A stretch of DNA of 64,000 bases. It comes from Kiritimatiellia bacterium. GTDB taxonomy: Bacteria; Verrucomicrobiota; Kiritimatiellia; JAAZAB01. Made by a program: the position numbers and the translations under genes. The notes beneath the pieces are model-generated. The model saw only the letters and a list, made by a program, of their open reading frames with translations, did not search any database and had not been told where the DNA came from. Shown one piece after another: positions 1-8,956 of this stretch. Numbering within the stretch: the stretch's first letter is position 1; each line of letters opens with the position of its first letter. Location: the NCBI GenBank assembly GCA_040767085.1, contig JAXGPF010000012.1:96001-160000 (forward strand), given 5' to 3'.

Positions 1-2
1 AC

Positions 3-479
3 CTCAACCGCGAGGTTTACCGCCGGGACGTCATCCCGGAGGCCTGCTTTACTTTAAAACCTTCGGCGGAACTCAGCGCCGCACAGGACGTGGACCGGGG
101 CCTGGGCGATCCCCTGCATTACCCCTACCATGACTGCCTGTTCGCCAGTTGGGTGGAACGCTGGGACCGGGCCGGGCCGGAGGAAAATCTGGAATGGTAC
201 CTGGCCGGGGCGCTCGAGCGGCAACTGGGATATGCCGGTTCCGTGCGGGATATCTTTTCCGATGCCGCCGCGTTCGTGGCCGATTTGGAATACTGGTGGC
301 GGCAATTCCAGGGACTGGGCCTGGCCAAGCGCATCCAGGCGCCGCCGGTGATGGCGGTCACCCGGCGCGCCTTTGGTTTCGATTTCCGGGAGGCCCAGAA
401 CGGGCCCTGGTTCAGCGCCCGTTACGAGGAACTCAAGCGGCAGGCGCTGTCAGCCAATGCCGCCGCGCCGCGGCCGTAA
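3..479 (+). CDS. nadE: NAD+ synthetase (probably glutamine-dependent), 3' part; 5' end outside window
   Basis: Frame open from base 3: LNREVYRRDVIPEACFTLKPSAELSAAQD...; PSAEL motif and C-terminal KRIQAPP..VTRRAFGFDFRE motif of NadE. Confidence 0.85.
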   Translation, partial: LNREVYRRDVIPEACFTLKPSAELSAAQDVDRGLGDPLHYPYHDCLFASWVERWDRAGPEENLEWYLAGALERQLGYAGSVRDIFSDAAAFVADLEYWWRQFQGLGLAKRIQAPPVMAVTRRAFGFDFREAQNGPWFSARYEELKRQALSANAAAPRP

Positions 480-549
480 GCCGCACTTATTTTTCATGGA
501 CACCGGGGGCGCGGGCGAGTAGACTGTCTTGGTGTATAATCCGACAAAT

Positions 550-1638
550 ATGAAACTTCTGGATCGCTACGTTTTGCGGCAATTTGTCACGCCGGTGATT
601 TATTGCCTGCTGACTTTCTGCATGGTGTTCGTCATCTTTGACCTGTTCGAGCACCTGTCGGATTTCATCAAGGCCCGCACGCCGCTGCTGGCAATCGGGG
701 AGTATTATCTTTGCGTCCTGCCGGCTTTGGCGGTGTACATCGTGCCGATTTCGCTGCTGCTGGGACTGTTGTACGGCTTGTGGCAGATGACCCGCCATAA
801 CGAACTTACCGCCATGCGCGCCAGCGGGGTCGGACTGCTGCGCATTGCCATGCCAATGTTGCTGGTGGGGGTGGCGGCCAGCATGCTGGTCAGCGTTTTA
901 CTCGAACTGGTGGCGCCCGGGGCCAGTTACTGGGCGGAACAATTCATTGTCCGCCAGGAACGCGGGGAGGATTTATCCATGCGTTTCGCCTTCGATCTGC
1001 CGTATAAAAACGAACGCGACCACCGCATCTGGGCCATCCGCCGGTTCGATCTGATCAACCATGAAATGCAGGATGTCAAGCTGGTGCAGCAACGGGCTGA
1101 CGGCTCCGATGTGGAGACCATTCACGCCGCGGAAGCCCGGTTTTACGACAACCGCTGGTGGTTTTTCGATGCCATGCAGCAGAAATACGACCTGTCCAAC
1201 AACCCGCTGGGGCCGGCGGAAAAAGTGCCGCTGATGGAAATGCGGGAGTTGACCGAAACCCCCAGCGATTTCGCCAACGAGGTGAAAAACCCCGTTTTCC
1301 TGTCAGCGTGGGAATTGTGGAAATTTGTGCAGTCGCATCGCAATTTGTCCGGCAAAACCCAGGCGCGCTACATGGTTGACATGCACGCCCGCCTGGCGAT
1401 GCCCTGGACTTGCCTGGTGGTGGTTTTGTTCGGGCTCCCGTTCGGCATTCACACGGCGCGCCAGGGTGCGTTCGCGGGAATTATCATGGCCTTGGCGACT
1501 TTCTTCGGATTTTATATCCTTATGCTGATGAGCCAGTGGATGGGCAAGCAGGAAATGCTGCCGCCGCTGTTGTCAGCCTGGCTGCCGAATGCCGTTTTCC
1601 TGGGATTGGGACTGCTCCTGATGCGCAAGGTGCGCTGA
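550..1638 (+). CDS. LptF/LptG family LPS export permease
   Basis: MKLLDRY start, NELTAMRASG motif, 3 TM + periplasmic domain + 3 TM, SAWLPN near C-terminus. Confidence 0.9.
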   Translation: MKLLDRYVLRQFVTPVIYCLLTFCMVFVIFDLFEHLSDFIKARTPLLAIGEYYLCVLPALAVYIVPISLLLGLLYGLWQMTRHNELTAMRASGVGLLRIAMPMLLVGVAASMLVSVLLELVAPGASYWAEQFIVRQERGEDLSMRFAFDLPYKNERDHRIWAIRRFDLINHEMQDVKLVQQRADGSDVETIHAAEARFYDNRWWFFDAMQQKYDLSNNPLGPAEKVPLMEMRELTETPSDFANEVKNPVFLSAWELWKFVQSHRNLSGKTQARYMVDMHARLAMPWTCLVVVLFGLPFGIHTARQGAFAGIIMALATFFGFYILMLMSQWMGKQEMLPPLLSAWLPNAVFLGLGLLLMRKVR

Positions 1639-1641
1639 CAT

Positions 1642-2808
1642 ATGCATGTTTTAGTGGCGCCGAATAGTTTCAAAAACTGCCTCGATGCCGGGGCCGTGGC
1701 GCGGGCCATGGCGCGCGGCATCCAGGCTGCCTGTCCGGCGGCGACGGTGACATGCCTGTCGCTGGCGGACGGCGGCGACGGTTTGGTGTCGGCCCTGGCC
1801 GGGTTGCCCGGCGCCGCAGCGCGCCCGGCCGTTGTCCCGGACCCGCTGGACCGCCCGGTGACGGCCGCCTGGCTGCGCCGGGGCGACCTGGCGGTCATTG
1901 AGATGGCCCAGGCCTCCGGCTTGCGCCGGTTGCGGGTGGAGGAATATGCGCCCCTGCGGGCTGCGACCGGCGGGACCGGTCTGCTGGTCAAGGCGGCGCT
2001 GGATGCCGGATGCCGGCGCATTGCCATCGGGCTGGGCGGCAGCGCCACGGTGGACGGCGGCGCGGGCATGCTGTCGGCTCTGGGTTTTGGCTTGCTTGAC
2101 AAACGCGGCCGGCCGATCGCGCCCGGCGGCGCCGGCTTGCTTTCGCTGGCGGCCATCGCCACGGAAACGGCGGATGCCCGCCTGGCGGCGGCCCAATTCA
2201 TAGCGCTGGCGGATGTGGATAATCCGTTGCTGGGTCCGGCCGGCGCGGCCCGCGTGTTCGGTCCGCAAAAGGGCGCCAGCCCGGCGGAGGTCGAAGTGCT
2301 GGAACGCGGTTTGCAGAACTGGGCCGCGCTGCTGGAGCGGACCTTTCATGTCCATCTGGATGATCTGCCTGGCGCCGGGGCAGCCGGCGGCATGGGCGCA
2401 GCCTGCCTGGCGGCCTTGCGGGCGGAATTGACGCCCGGCGCGCAATGGGTGGCGGAGCAGTGCGGGCTCGCTGAAGCTTTGCGCCGGGCCGACTGGGTCT
2501 TGACAGGCGAGGGGCGCTTGGACAGTCAGACCGCGCGCGGCAAGGCGCCCGCTTACGTCGCCCGCCAGGCCGCCGCGGCCGGCAAGCCGGTCGCGGCCCT
2601 GGGCGGTTTGGTGGAGCCGGGATTGGACTTGAGCGCTGTCGGCATTCGCGTTTGCCGCGCGATTGCTCCGGCCGGCACGCCCGTCGAGGAATCCATCCGC
2701 CATGCCGCCGCGTACCTGGAACAGGCGGCGGCGAAGCTGGCCGCGGAATTCGATGGAATGTCGGAAAATTACCATACCCGGGAGGCAGGCCATGTCGGTT
2801 GTCCATGA
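1642..2808 (+). CDS. glxK: Glycerate kinase (GlxK/GarK family)
   Basis: VAPNSFK, ADGGDG, IEMAQASG, GLGGSATVDGG, FGPQKGA, TGEGRLDSQT motifs. Confidence 0.92.
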   Translation: MHVLVAPNSFKNCLDAGAVARAMARGIQAACPAATVTCLSLADGGDGLVSALAGLPGAAARPAVVPDPLDRPVTAAWLRRGDLAVIEMAQASGLRRLRVEEYAPLRAATGGTGLLVKAALDAGCRRIAIGLGGSATVDGGAGMLSALGFGLLDKRGRPIAPGGAGLLSLAAIATETADARLAAAQFIALADVDNPLLGPAGAARVFGPQKGASPAEVEVLERGLQNWAALLERTFHVHLDDLPGAGAAGGMGAACLAALRAELTPGAQWVAEQCGLAEALRRADWVLTGEGRLDSQTARGKAPAYVARQAAAAGKPVAALGGLVEPGLDLSAVGIRVCRAIAPAGTPVEESIRHAAAYLEQAAAKLAAEFDGMSENYHTREAGHVGCP

Positions 2809-3883
2809 TATTTTAGCCAAGGCGGTGGCGATGGGCGCTTCGGATGTGCATTTGAAACCGGACGAGACGCCTTTTTTCCGGGTGCATGGCGATCTGCAGG
2901 AGAGCGGATTCCCCCGGATGAGCGTGGATGATATGAAATGCGCGGTGCTGGACATCATGCCGGAACATCTGCGGGACAAAAGCGCAGCCGAACCGGAAAT
3001 GGATTTCGCCCATTACGAGGAAGGTGTCGGCCGTTTCCGGGTGAATGTCTTCCTGGCGCGGCATATTCCCACCGTGGCTTTCCGGCACGTGAAAACCGAG
3101 ATTCCTACCGTGGATCAACTGCACCTGCCGCCGATGCTGGAAAAACTGGCGCTCAGCAATTGCGGCGTCATCATGGTCTGCGGCGCCACCAGTTCCGGGA
3201 AGTCCACCACCCTGGCCGCCATGATTCATTGCATCAACACCAACCAGCGCTCCCGGATCATCACCATCGAAGACCCCGTCGAATACGTCTTTAAGGATAT
3301 CCAGTCGGTCATCACCCAGCGCGAAGTCGGCTTGGATACACCGTCTTTCCATTCGGCCCTGAAACACGTTTTGCGGCAGGATCCGGATGTGATCATGATC
3401 GGCGAAATGCGCGACCGGGTCAGCCTGGCGGTCGCCCTCAGCGCCGCGGAAACCGGCCACGTCGTTTTTTCCACCCTGCACGCCAACACCGCCGCCCAAT
3501 CTGTTCAGCGCATTTTGAATTTTTATCCCGCCGAAGAGCGCGACCAGGTGCGGTATTCCCTGGCCGCCAACCTTGGGGCCATCGTCTGCCAGCGGCTGGT
3601 GCCAGCCGTGGCCGGCGGTGTCCGCCCGGCCGTGGAGATCCTGATCAATACTCCCACGGTGCATAAATTATTGGTGGAAAACAATTTGGAAACGTTGCAA
3701 GCCGCCATCGAGACCGGCGGCGAAGATGGCATGCAGACTTTCAACCATGCTTTGTATGCCATGATGAAAAACGGCGTTATTTCTGAAAAAGACGGCATGG
3801 ACTACTCGCCTAATCCCGAAGCCTTGAAAATGAACTTACAGGGGATTTTCCTGGATCAGGACCGCCGGATTTTAGGCGGCTGA
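2792..3883 (+). CDS. PilT/PilU family type IV pilus retraction ATPase
   Basis: ASDVHL, Walker A GATSSGKSTT, TIEDPVE, LRQDPDVIMIGEMRD, AETGH..STLH, GMQTFN; start set at ATG 2792 after GGAGG. Confidence 0.92.
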   Translation: MSVVHDILAKAVAMGASDVHLKPDETPFFRVHGDLQESGFPRMSVDDMKCAVLDIMPEHLRDKSAAEPEMDFAHYEEGVGRFRVNVFLARHIPTVAFRHVKTEIPTVDQLHLPPMLEKLALSNCGVIMVCGATSSGKSTTLAAMIHCINTNQRSRIITIEDPVEYVFKDIQSVITQREVGLDTPSFHSALKHVLRQDPDVIMIGEMRDRVSLAVALSAAETGHVVFSTLHANTAAQSVQRILNFYPAEERDQVRYSLAANLGAIVCQRLVPAVAGGVRPAVEILINTPTVHKLLVENNLETLQAAIETGGEDGMQTFNHALYAMMKNGVISEKDGMDYSPNPEALKMNLQGIFLDQDRRILGG

Positions 3884-3920
3884 AACGCGCCGGCCCGCCG
3901 CGGGCGGTTGGATTTTGGCG

Positions 3921-3948
3921 TTTACACGCGGGCGTTTTTGTATAGAAT
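3921..3948 (+). promoter_or_regulatory. Putative sigma70 promoter (TTTACA-16-TAGAAT)
   Basis: Near-consensus hexamers in the gap upstream of the 4040 gene. Confidence 0.4.
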
Positions 3949-4039
3949 GGCATCGATTGCAAAAAAAGGACGAATTGCGGCCAGCCGGGAGGGCGGTGTT
4001 TTACGCGGCCCCGCTGCTGAACGAACGGATCGGAGCGCC

Positions 4040-5146
4040 ATGGCGGAGTTCAAATTCCATTGTCCGGAGTGTGGTCAGAAAATACAGACCACGGACGACA
4101 TGGTCGGACACAGCGTGGATTGTCCGATCTGCCGCAAGCAGTTTAAAGTCCCGCCCCCCCCGCCCGCGGATGCACCCCAGGAAATTCCCTGCGCCTTGTG
4201 CCGGGCGCTGATTCCCCGCGATTCCATGTTCTGCGATGTGTGCGGCGGACGTCAGCCGGCGCCGGGCGCCGGCGCCGCACCGGTTCTGCCCGGCAAACTC
4301 CGCGCACGGAGGCTGGTTTGGGGATTGTCTTTGGCCGCCCTGGCCGTCGCGGCGGCGCTGGTGTCGGTGGTGATTGCGATGACCGGCCGCCGTCCTCAGC
4401 ACCCGGACGATACGGGCGGCGCCGCAGTGATCGAACCGCCGTCCGCGGCTGTTGCCGTGACAGCCATGGGCGATGCCGCGGAATCTCCGGCAGACGACTA
4501 TCCCGTGACCGTGGTGGCGGCGCCGCCCGCGCCGGCGCCGGTTGAGCCCCCGCCGTACTTGCCGCCGGAACCGGCCGCCGCCCAGCCGCCGCCGCCTCCG
4601 TCTCCTCCGCCATCGCCCGCGCCGGCGCCATCACCCGCGCCGGAGGAGACGAATGCCGCGCCGGAAAGCGAAACCGACGCCGCGGATGAAGTCGTGGCGC
4701 TGTTCGAACGCACCCGCGAAAAATACAAGGAAGTGCTGGGGGAGATCGAGCAGGCTTACCGCGAACGCGTCATCCAGGTGCAGACCGGCTTCCTGGGCAG
4801 CCTGGAAAAGCAGGAAAACGCCATGCAGGAAAAGGGCGATCTGATGGGGGTCCTGGCGGTGCGCAAGGAAAGGGAAGCCTTCCAGGGCATCAGCGAGTTT
4901 CCCCCGGTAATCCGCTCCGCGGGCAGCACCTATGCCGAAGTGGCCGAGTTGAAAAAGAAATACAACCAGCAGTTGGAAACGCTCAAGCAGGACCGCGACC
5001 AGAACATCGTCCTGCGCACCGGCCAGTACGACAAACGCCTGGCGGAGTTCGAGCGCCGGCTGACCCAGGCCGGCAAAATTGACGAGGCCCTGAGCGTGCA
5101 TGCCGAACGCGAGCGCGTGCGTTCCCAGGGCGGCCGCTGGAATTGA
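4040..5146 (+). CDS. Membrane-anchored zinc-ribbon protein of unknown function
   Basis: CPECG..CPIC and CALC..CDVC Cys pairs, one TM helix, Pro-rich linker, helical/coiled-coil C-terminus; GGAG RBS before ATG 4040. Confidence 0.7.
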   Translation: MAEFKFHCPECGQKIQTTDDMVGHSVDCPICRKQFKVPPPPPADAPQEIPCALCRALIPRDSMFCDVCGGRQPAPGAGAAPVLPGKLRARRLVWGLSLAALAVAAALVSVVIAMTGRRPQHPDDTGGAAVIEPPSAAVAVTAMGDAAESPADDYPVTVVAAPPAPAPVEPPPYLPPEPAAAQPPPPPSPPPSPAPAPSPAPEETNAAPESETDAADEVVALFERTREKYKEVLGEIEQAYRERVIQVQTGFLGSLEKQENAMQEKGDLMGVLAVRKEREAFQGISEFPPVIRSAGSTYAEVAELKKKYNQQLETLKQDRDQNIVLRTGQYDKRLAEFERRLTQAGKIDEALSVHAERERVRSQGGRWN

Positions 5147-5191
5147 CGCCGCCCGCGCCGGCGCGCCTTCCCGAAAAAATCAAAAAAACAG

Positions 5192-5228
5192 TTGACTTCT
5201 CCGCGGGTTGTTTCTATATATAGAAACA
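5192..5228 (+). promoter_or_regulatory. trpE promoter (TTGACT-17-TATATA) overlapped by a perfect 20-bp palindrome (candidate operator)
   Basis: -35 at 5192-5197, -10 at 5215-5220, A-tracts upstream; TGTTTCTATATATAGAAACA at 5209-5228 is self-complementary. Confidence 0.7.
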
Positions 5229-5230
5229 CC

Positions 5231-6676
5231 ATGAGAACTACCAGCGCGGATTACCGCCGTTTGGCGGAAGCTTACAACCTGATCCCTGTCTGCCGGGAGT
5301 TGCTGGCGGATACGGAAACACCGGTCTCGGTGCTGGCCCGCTTCGCGGACCATGAAAACGCCTTTCTGCTCGAAAGCGTCGAGGGCGGCGAAACCTGGGG
5401 GCGCTACTCTTTCATCGGCGTTGATCCGCAGTTGTTGCTGTCGGCGGAGCATGCCGCCCCCGGCGCCGATGAACTGACGCAACCGCTGCGCGCCGTCTAT
5501 CGCGATGTGCGGCCGGCCGCCCCGCCGGGGCTGCCGCGCTTTTTCGGCGGCGCCGTTGGTTTCCTGGCTTACGAGGCGGTCCACGCCTTCGAACGCCTGC
5601 CGCCGCCCAAGCTGGCGCCCGCCGGCCGCCGGCTGGGCAGCCGTTTCCTGCGGGCCGACGACCTGATCGTCTTCGACAATCTGCGGCATACCATGACCCT
5701 GATCGCCTGCTCGCGGCCCGGCGCGGGCGCCGTGGAGGAGGACTACCAGGCGGCCGTCCGGCGGCTGGACCGCATGGAGGCGTTCCTGTGCCGGCCGGCG
5801 CCGCCCAGCCCGGCTCAAAAACATCCCGTGCCGGCATTCCAATCCAACCTTTCCGCGGCGGCCTACCAGGCCGCGGTGAGCCGGGCGCGGGAATACATCG
5901 CCGCCGGCGATGTGATCCAGGCGGTGCTCAGCCAGCGCTGGCAGGCCGAATCGTCCGTGCCGCCCCTGCAGTTGTACCGGGCGCTGCGGCTGCTGAATCC
6001 TTCGCCTTACATGTACTTCCTGAAAATCGGCAGCCAGACCCTGGTGGGATCTTCGCCGGAAATCATGGTGCGCCTGACCGGCAGCCGGATGGAACTCCGG
6101 CCCATCGCCGGCACCCGGCCGCGCGGCGGCAACGAACAGCAGGACCGGCAACTGGCGGACGACCTGCTGGGGGATGAGAAGGAAAAAGCCGAGCATGTGA
6201 TGCTCGTGGACCTGGGGCGCAATGACCTCGGCCGCGTCGCGGAAACCGGCAGCGTGCAGGTGCGCGATTACATGACGGTGGAACGCTACAGCCACGTGAT
6301 GCATATCGTGTCGCATGTCGAGGGCATCCTGCGCCGGGATTGCGACGCGCTGGATGTCCTGCGCGCGGTTTTCCCCGCCGGCACGCTCTCCGGCGCCCCG
6401 AAAGTCCGCGCCATGGAGATTATCCAGGAATTGGAGCCGGAACCGCGCGGCGCGTACGGCGGCGCGCTGGGCTACATCGGGTACGACGGCAGCATGGATT
6501 TCGCCATCACCATCCGCACCCTGGAGGCAGCGGGCGGCACCCTGGCGGTGCAGGCCGGGGCCGGCATCGTTTATAATTCCGACCCGGCCAGGGAATGGGA
6601 GGAAACCTGCCACAAGGCGGCGGCCCTGCGGAAGGCCGTCGAACTGGCGGCGGGCGGGTTGACGTTGGACAATTGA
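5231..6676 (+). CDS. trpE: Anthranilate synthase component I
   Basis: DTETPVS, FLLESVEGGETWGRYS, NPSPYM, GSSPE, PIAGTRPRG, KEKAEHVMLVDLGRND, PAGTLSGAPK. Confidence 0.95.
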   Translation: MRTTSADYRRLAEAYNLIPVCRELLADTETPVSVLARFADHENAFLLESVEGGETWGRYSFIGVDPQLLLSAEHAAPGADELTQPLRAVYRDVRPAAPPGLPRFFGGAVGFLAYEAVHAFERLPPPKLAPAGRRLGSRFLRADDLIVFDNLRHTMTLIACSRPGAGAVEEDYQAAVRRLDRMEAFLCRPAPPSPAQKHPVPAFQSNLSAAAYQAAVSRAREYIAAGDVIQAVLSQRWQAESSVPPLQLYRALRLLNPSPYMYFLKIGSQTLVGSSPEIMVRLTGSRMELRPIAGTRPRGGNEQQDRQLADDLLGDEKEKAEHVMLVDLGRNDLGRVAETGSVQVRDYMTVERYSHVMHIVSHVEGILRRDCDALDVLRAVFPAGTLSGAPKVRAMEIIQELEPEPRGAYGGALGYIGYDGSMDFAITIRTLEAAGGTLAVQAGAGIVYNSDPAREWEETCHKAAALRKAVELAAGGLTLDN

Positions 6677-6701
6677 AACCTAATCCGGCATTTATAAGTT
6701 T

Positions 6702-7170
6702 AACCGCGAAAGATCACAAGGAACGCAAAGAAAAGAGTTTTTGATAGAATCATTGACGGCATAACTATTTTAAAAGCAAGATGGTAAGATAGGTGGGAAG
6801 CGGATATTTTCACCACGGAGCCGGATGAGCGGATGGAGGGAGATGGATAAATATTTAGAGGAAGGATATATCTCACAAAGCCACCAAGGATAAGCGGATT
6901 TGTAAATGCTGAAGGAAAACATGCCGCTATGCGGCAGTTCCGTTAGACGGAACACAGTTTTTGGAAATAGCGCAAAGCACAAATCGTTTTGAGCTTTGAG
7001 CTGTTTCCAACAACTTTCATGTTTTCCGGTTTGTTCTTTCTTGTGTGAGATTTTCCGTTTTCCGAATCCGCTCTGCTCCGTGTGCTCCAGCGTGCCCGCC
7101 ATAGCATTACGAGCGACGGCGGGCGTGCCTGCCATAGCATTCTGTGCGACGGCGGGTATAGCGGGTGGTA
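6702..7170. repeat. AT-rich trpE-trpG spacer containing nested short inverted-repeat elements
   Basis: ACCACGGAGCCGGATGAGCGGATGGAGGGA (6812-6841; 27/30 match to 17692-17721); TCTCACAAAG...CTTGTGTGAGA; two ~31-nt hairpin copies at 7093-7123 and 7126-7156. Confidence 0.6.
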
Positions 7171-7286
7171 AAATAAATCTTGAATTGGATTGCGGGCAAA
7201 GCCCGCCTTATGTTGAAACCGTAAAACCAGCCGGCGGACCGGCACAGGCTGGCCGCTTGTGCCGCCGCCACAGCAACAGGCGCCAT

Positions 7287-7874
7287 ATGATATTGATGCT
7301 AGATAATTACGATTCCTTCACCTACAACCTTGTGCATGCCCTGGCCGCCATGGGCGCGGAAGTGCGCGTCTTCCGCAACGACGCCATCACCGTGGCCGAG
7401 GCCTGGGCACTGCAGCCGGCGGCGGTGGTGATTTCGCCGGGACCTTGCGCGCCGGAGCGCGCGGGCATTTCCGTGGAACTGATCCGCCGGTTCTCCGGCA
7501 CGCGGCCGCTGCTGGGCGTGTGCCTCGGGCACCAGGCCGTGGGGTTGGCCTTCGGCGCGCGGGTCGCGCGGGCGCGGAGCATCATGCACGGCAAGACTTC
7601 GCGGGTGCGCCATGATGGCCGGGGCCTGTATGCCGGCCTGAAAAATCCTTTTATCGCCGGCCGCTACCATTCCCTGGCGGTCCTGCGGGATGGCCTGCCG
7701 GAGGAACTGGTGGTGGAGGCCGCGGCGGAAGACGATGATGAAATCATGGGGCTGCGCCATCGCCGGCATCCGACGTTCGGCGTTCAGTTCCACCCGGAAT
7801 CAATCCTGACGCCCTCCGGCAAGCGTTTGTTGCGGAATTTTCTGGAACTGGCCGCGGGCGCCGCGGCGCCTTGA
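7287..7874 (+). CDS. trpG: Anthranilate synthase component II (glutamine amidotransferase)
   Basis: LDNYDSFTYNL, SPGP, GVCLGHQ, RYHSL, GVQFHPES; start ATG 7287. Confidence 0.95.
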   Translation: MILMLDNYDSFTYNLVHALAAMGAEVRVFRNDAITVAEAWALQPAAVVISPGPCAPERAGISVELIRRFSGTRPLLGVCLGHQAVGLAFGARVARARSIMHGKTSRVRHDGRGLYAGLKNPFIAGRYHSLAVLRDGLPEELVVEAAAEDDDEIMGLRHRRHPTFGVQFHPESILTPSGKRLLRNFLELAAGAAAP

Positions 7875-7889
7875 AACGAGGAGCAATCC

Positions 7890-8918
7890 ATGCGCGTAAT
7901 ACTGGAACGGATTTTGTCCGGCGACAGCCTGGGCGCGGATGAGGCTGGCGCGGTGTTCGACCGGCTGATGGCCGGCGAGTTGACTGCCGCTCAGACGGGG
8001 GCCTTGCTGTTCGGGCTGCGGATGAAGGGCGAGGCGACGGTGGAAATCGCCGCCGCCGCCGCGGCCATGCGCCGGCGGGCGGTGCTGATTGATGCCGGCG
8101 GTCTGCCCGTGATTGACACTTGCGGCACCGGCGGGGACCGCCTGGGCACATTCAATATCTCCACGGCGGCGGCCCTGGTGGCTGCCGGCGCGGGCGTCCC
8201 GATCGCCAAACACGGCAACCGGGCCATGACCAGCCGCTGCGGTTCGGCCGATGTGCTGGCGGCCCTGGGCGTCAACATCGAAGCCCCGCCGGAACTGGTG
8301 GAAGAATGCCTGCGCGAGGCCGGCATGGGATTTTTGTTCGCCCAGCGCCTGCACCCGGCGATGAAAAACGTGGCCGCGGTGCGGCGCGAACTGGAGGTGC
8401 GCACGATTTTCAACCTGCTGGGCCCGTTGACCAATCCCGCCGGCGCCCGGGCCCAATTGCTGGGGGTGTTTGCCGCCGAATTGACGGAGCCGCTGGCGCA
8501 GGTCCTGCGGGACCTGGGCAGCCGGCGGGCGATGGTGGTGCATGGCCGCGACGGCATGGACGAAATCACCACGACCACCACCACCCGCATCACGGAATTG
8601 CGCGATGGCCGGCTGCGCACGTATGAGTTTGATCCCTTGCCATTTATCGGCGAATACGCTAAACTTTCCGCATTAATGGGCGGCGCACCGGACGCAAATG
8701 CCCGGATTCTGGAAAGCATCCTGGCGGGCGCGCCCGGCGCGCCGCGCGACATCGTCGTTTTAAACGCCGCGGCGGCCATCATGATCGGCGGCCGCGCCGA
8801 TGACTGGGCCGCGGCGCTGCCGCTGGCGCAGGCAGCGCTGGCGGACGGGCGCGCGCGCGCGGTGTTGCGGAAAATGGCCGCGATTACCGCCCCGGCCGGC
8901 GCGGGCGGCGGGCATTAA
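7890..8918 (+). CDS. trpD: Anthranilate phosphoribosyltransferase
   Basis: DTCGTGGD, NISTAA, KHGNR, GSADVL, RTIFNLLGPLTNP. Confidence 0.95.
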   Translation: MRVILERILSGDSLGADEAGAVFDRLMAGELTAAQTGALLFGLRMKGEATVEIAAAAAAMRRRAVLIDAGGLPVIDTCGTGGDRLGTFNISTAAALVAAGAGVPIAKHGNRAMTSRCGSADVLAALGVNIEAPPELVEECLREAGMGFLFAQRLHPAMKNVAAVRRELEVRTIFNLLGPLTNPAGARAQLLGVFAAELTEPLAQVLRDLGSRRAMVVHGRDGMDEITTTTTTRITELRDGRLRTYEFDPLPFIGEYAKLSALMGGAPDANARILESILAGAPGAPRDIVVLNAAAAIMIGGRADDWAAALPLAQAALADGRARAVLRKMAAITAPAGAGGGH

Positions 8919-8956
8919 CAGATTGACAGGATCGGCGGGACGGCTTCCGCCGCGGA

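Noticed and set aside
4520-4645. GC-rich low-complexity repeat
   Set aside because: Simply encodes the Pro/Ala linker of the 4040 protein.
5147-5230. trp attenuator / leader peptide or T-box
   Set aside because: No short ORF with Trp codons and no terminator/antiterminator; the promoter lies immediately before the ATG.
6996-7286. N-terminal extension of trpG in the ORF track
   Set aside because: Read-through of repeat DNA; TrpG homology starts at ATG 7287.
8568-8585. ACC microsatellite in trpD
   Set aside because: Short in-frame Thr run; triplet unit gives no phase variation.
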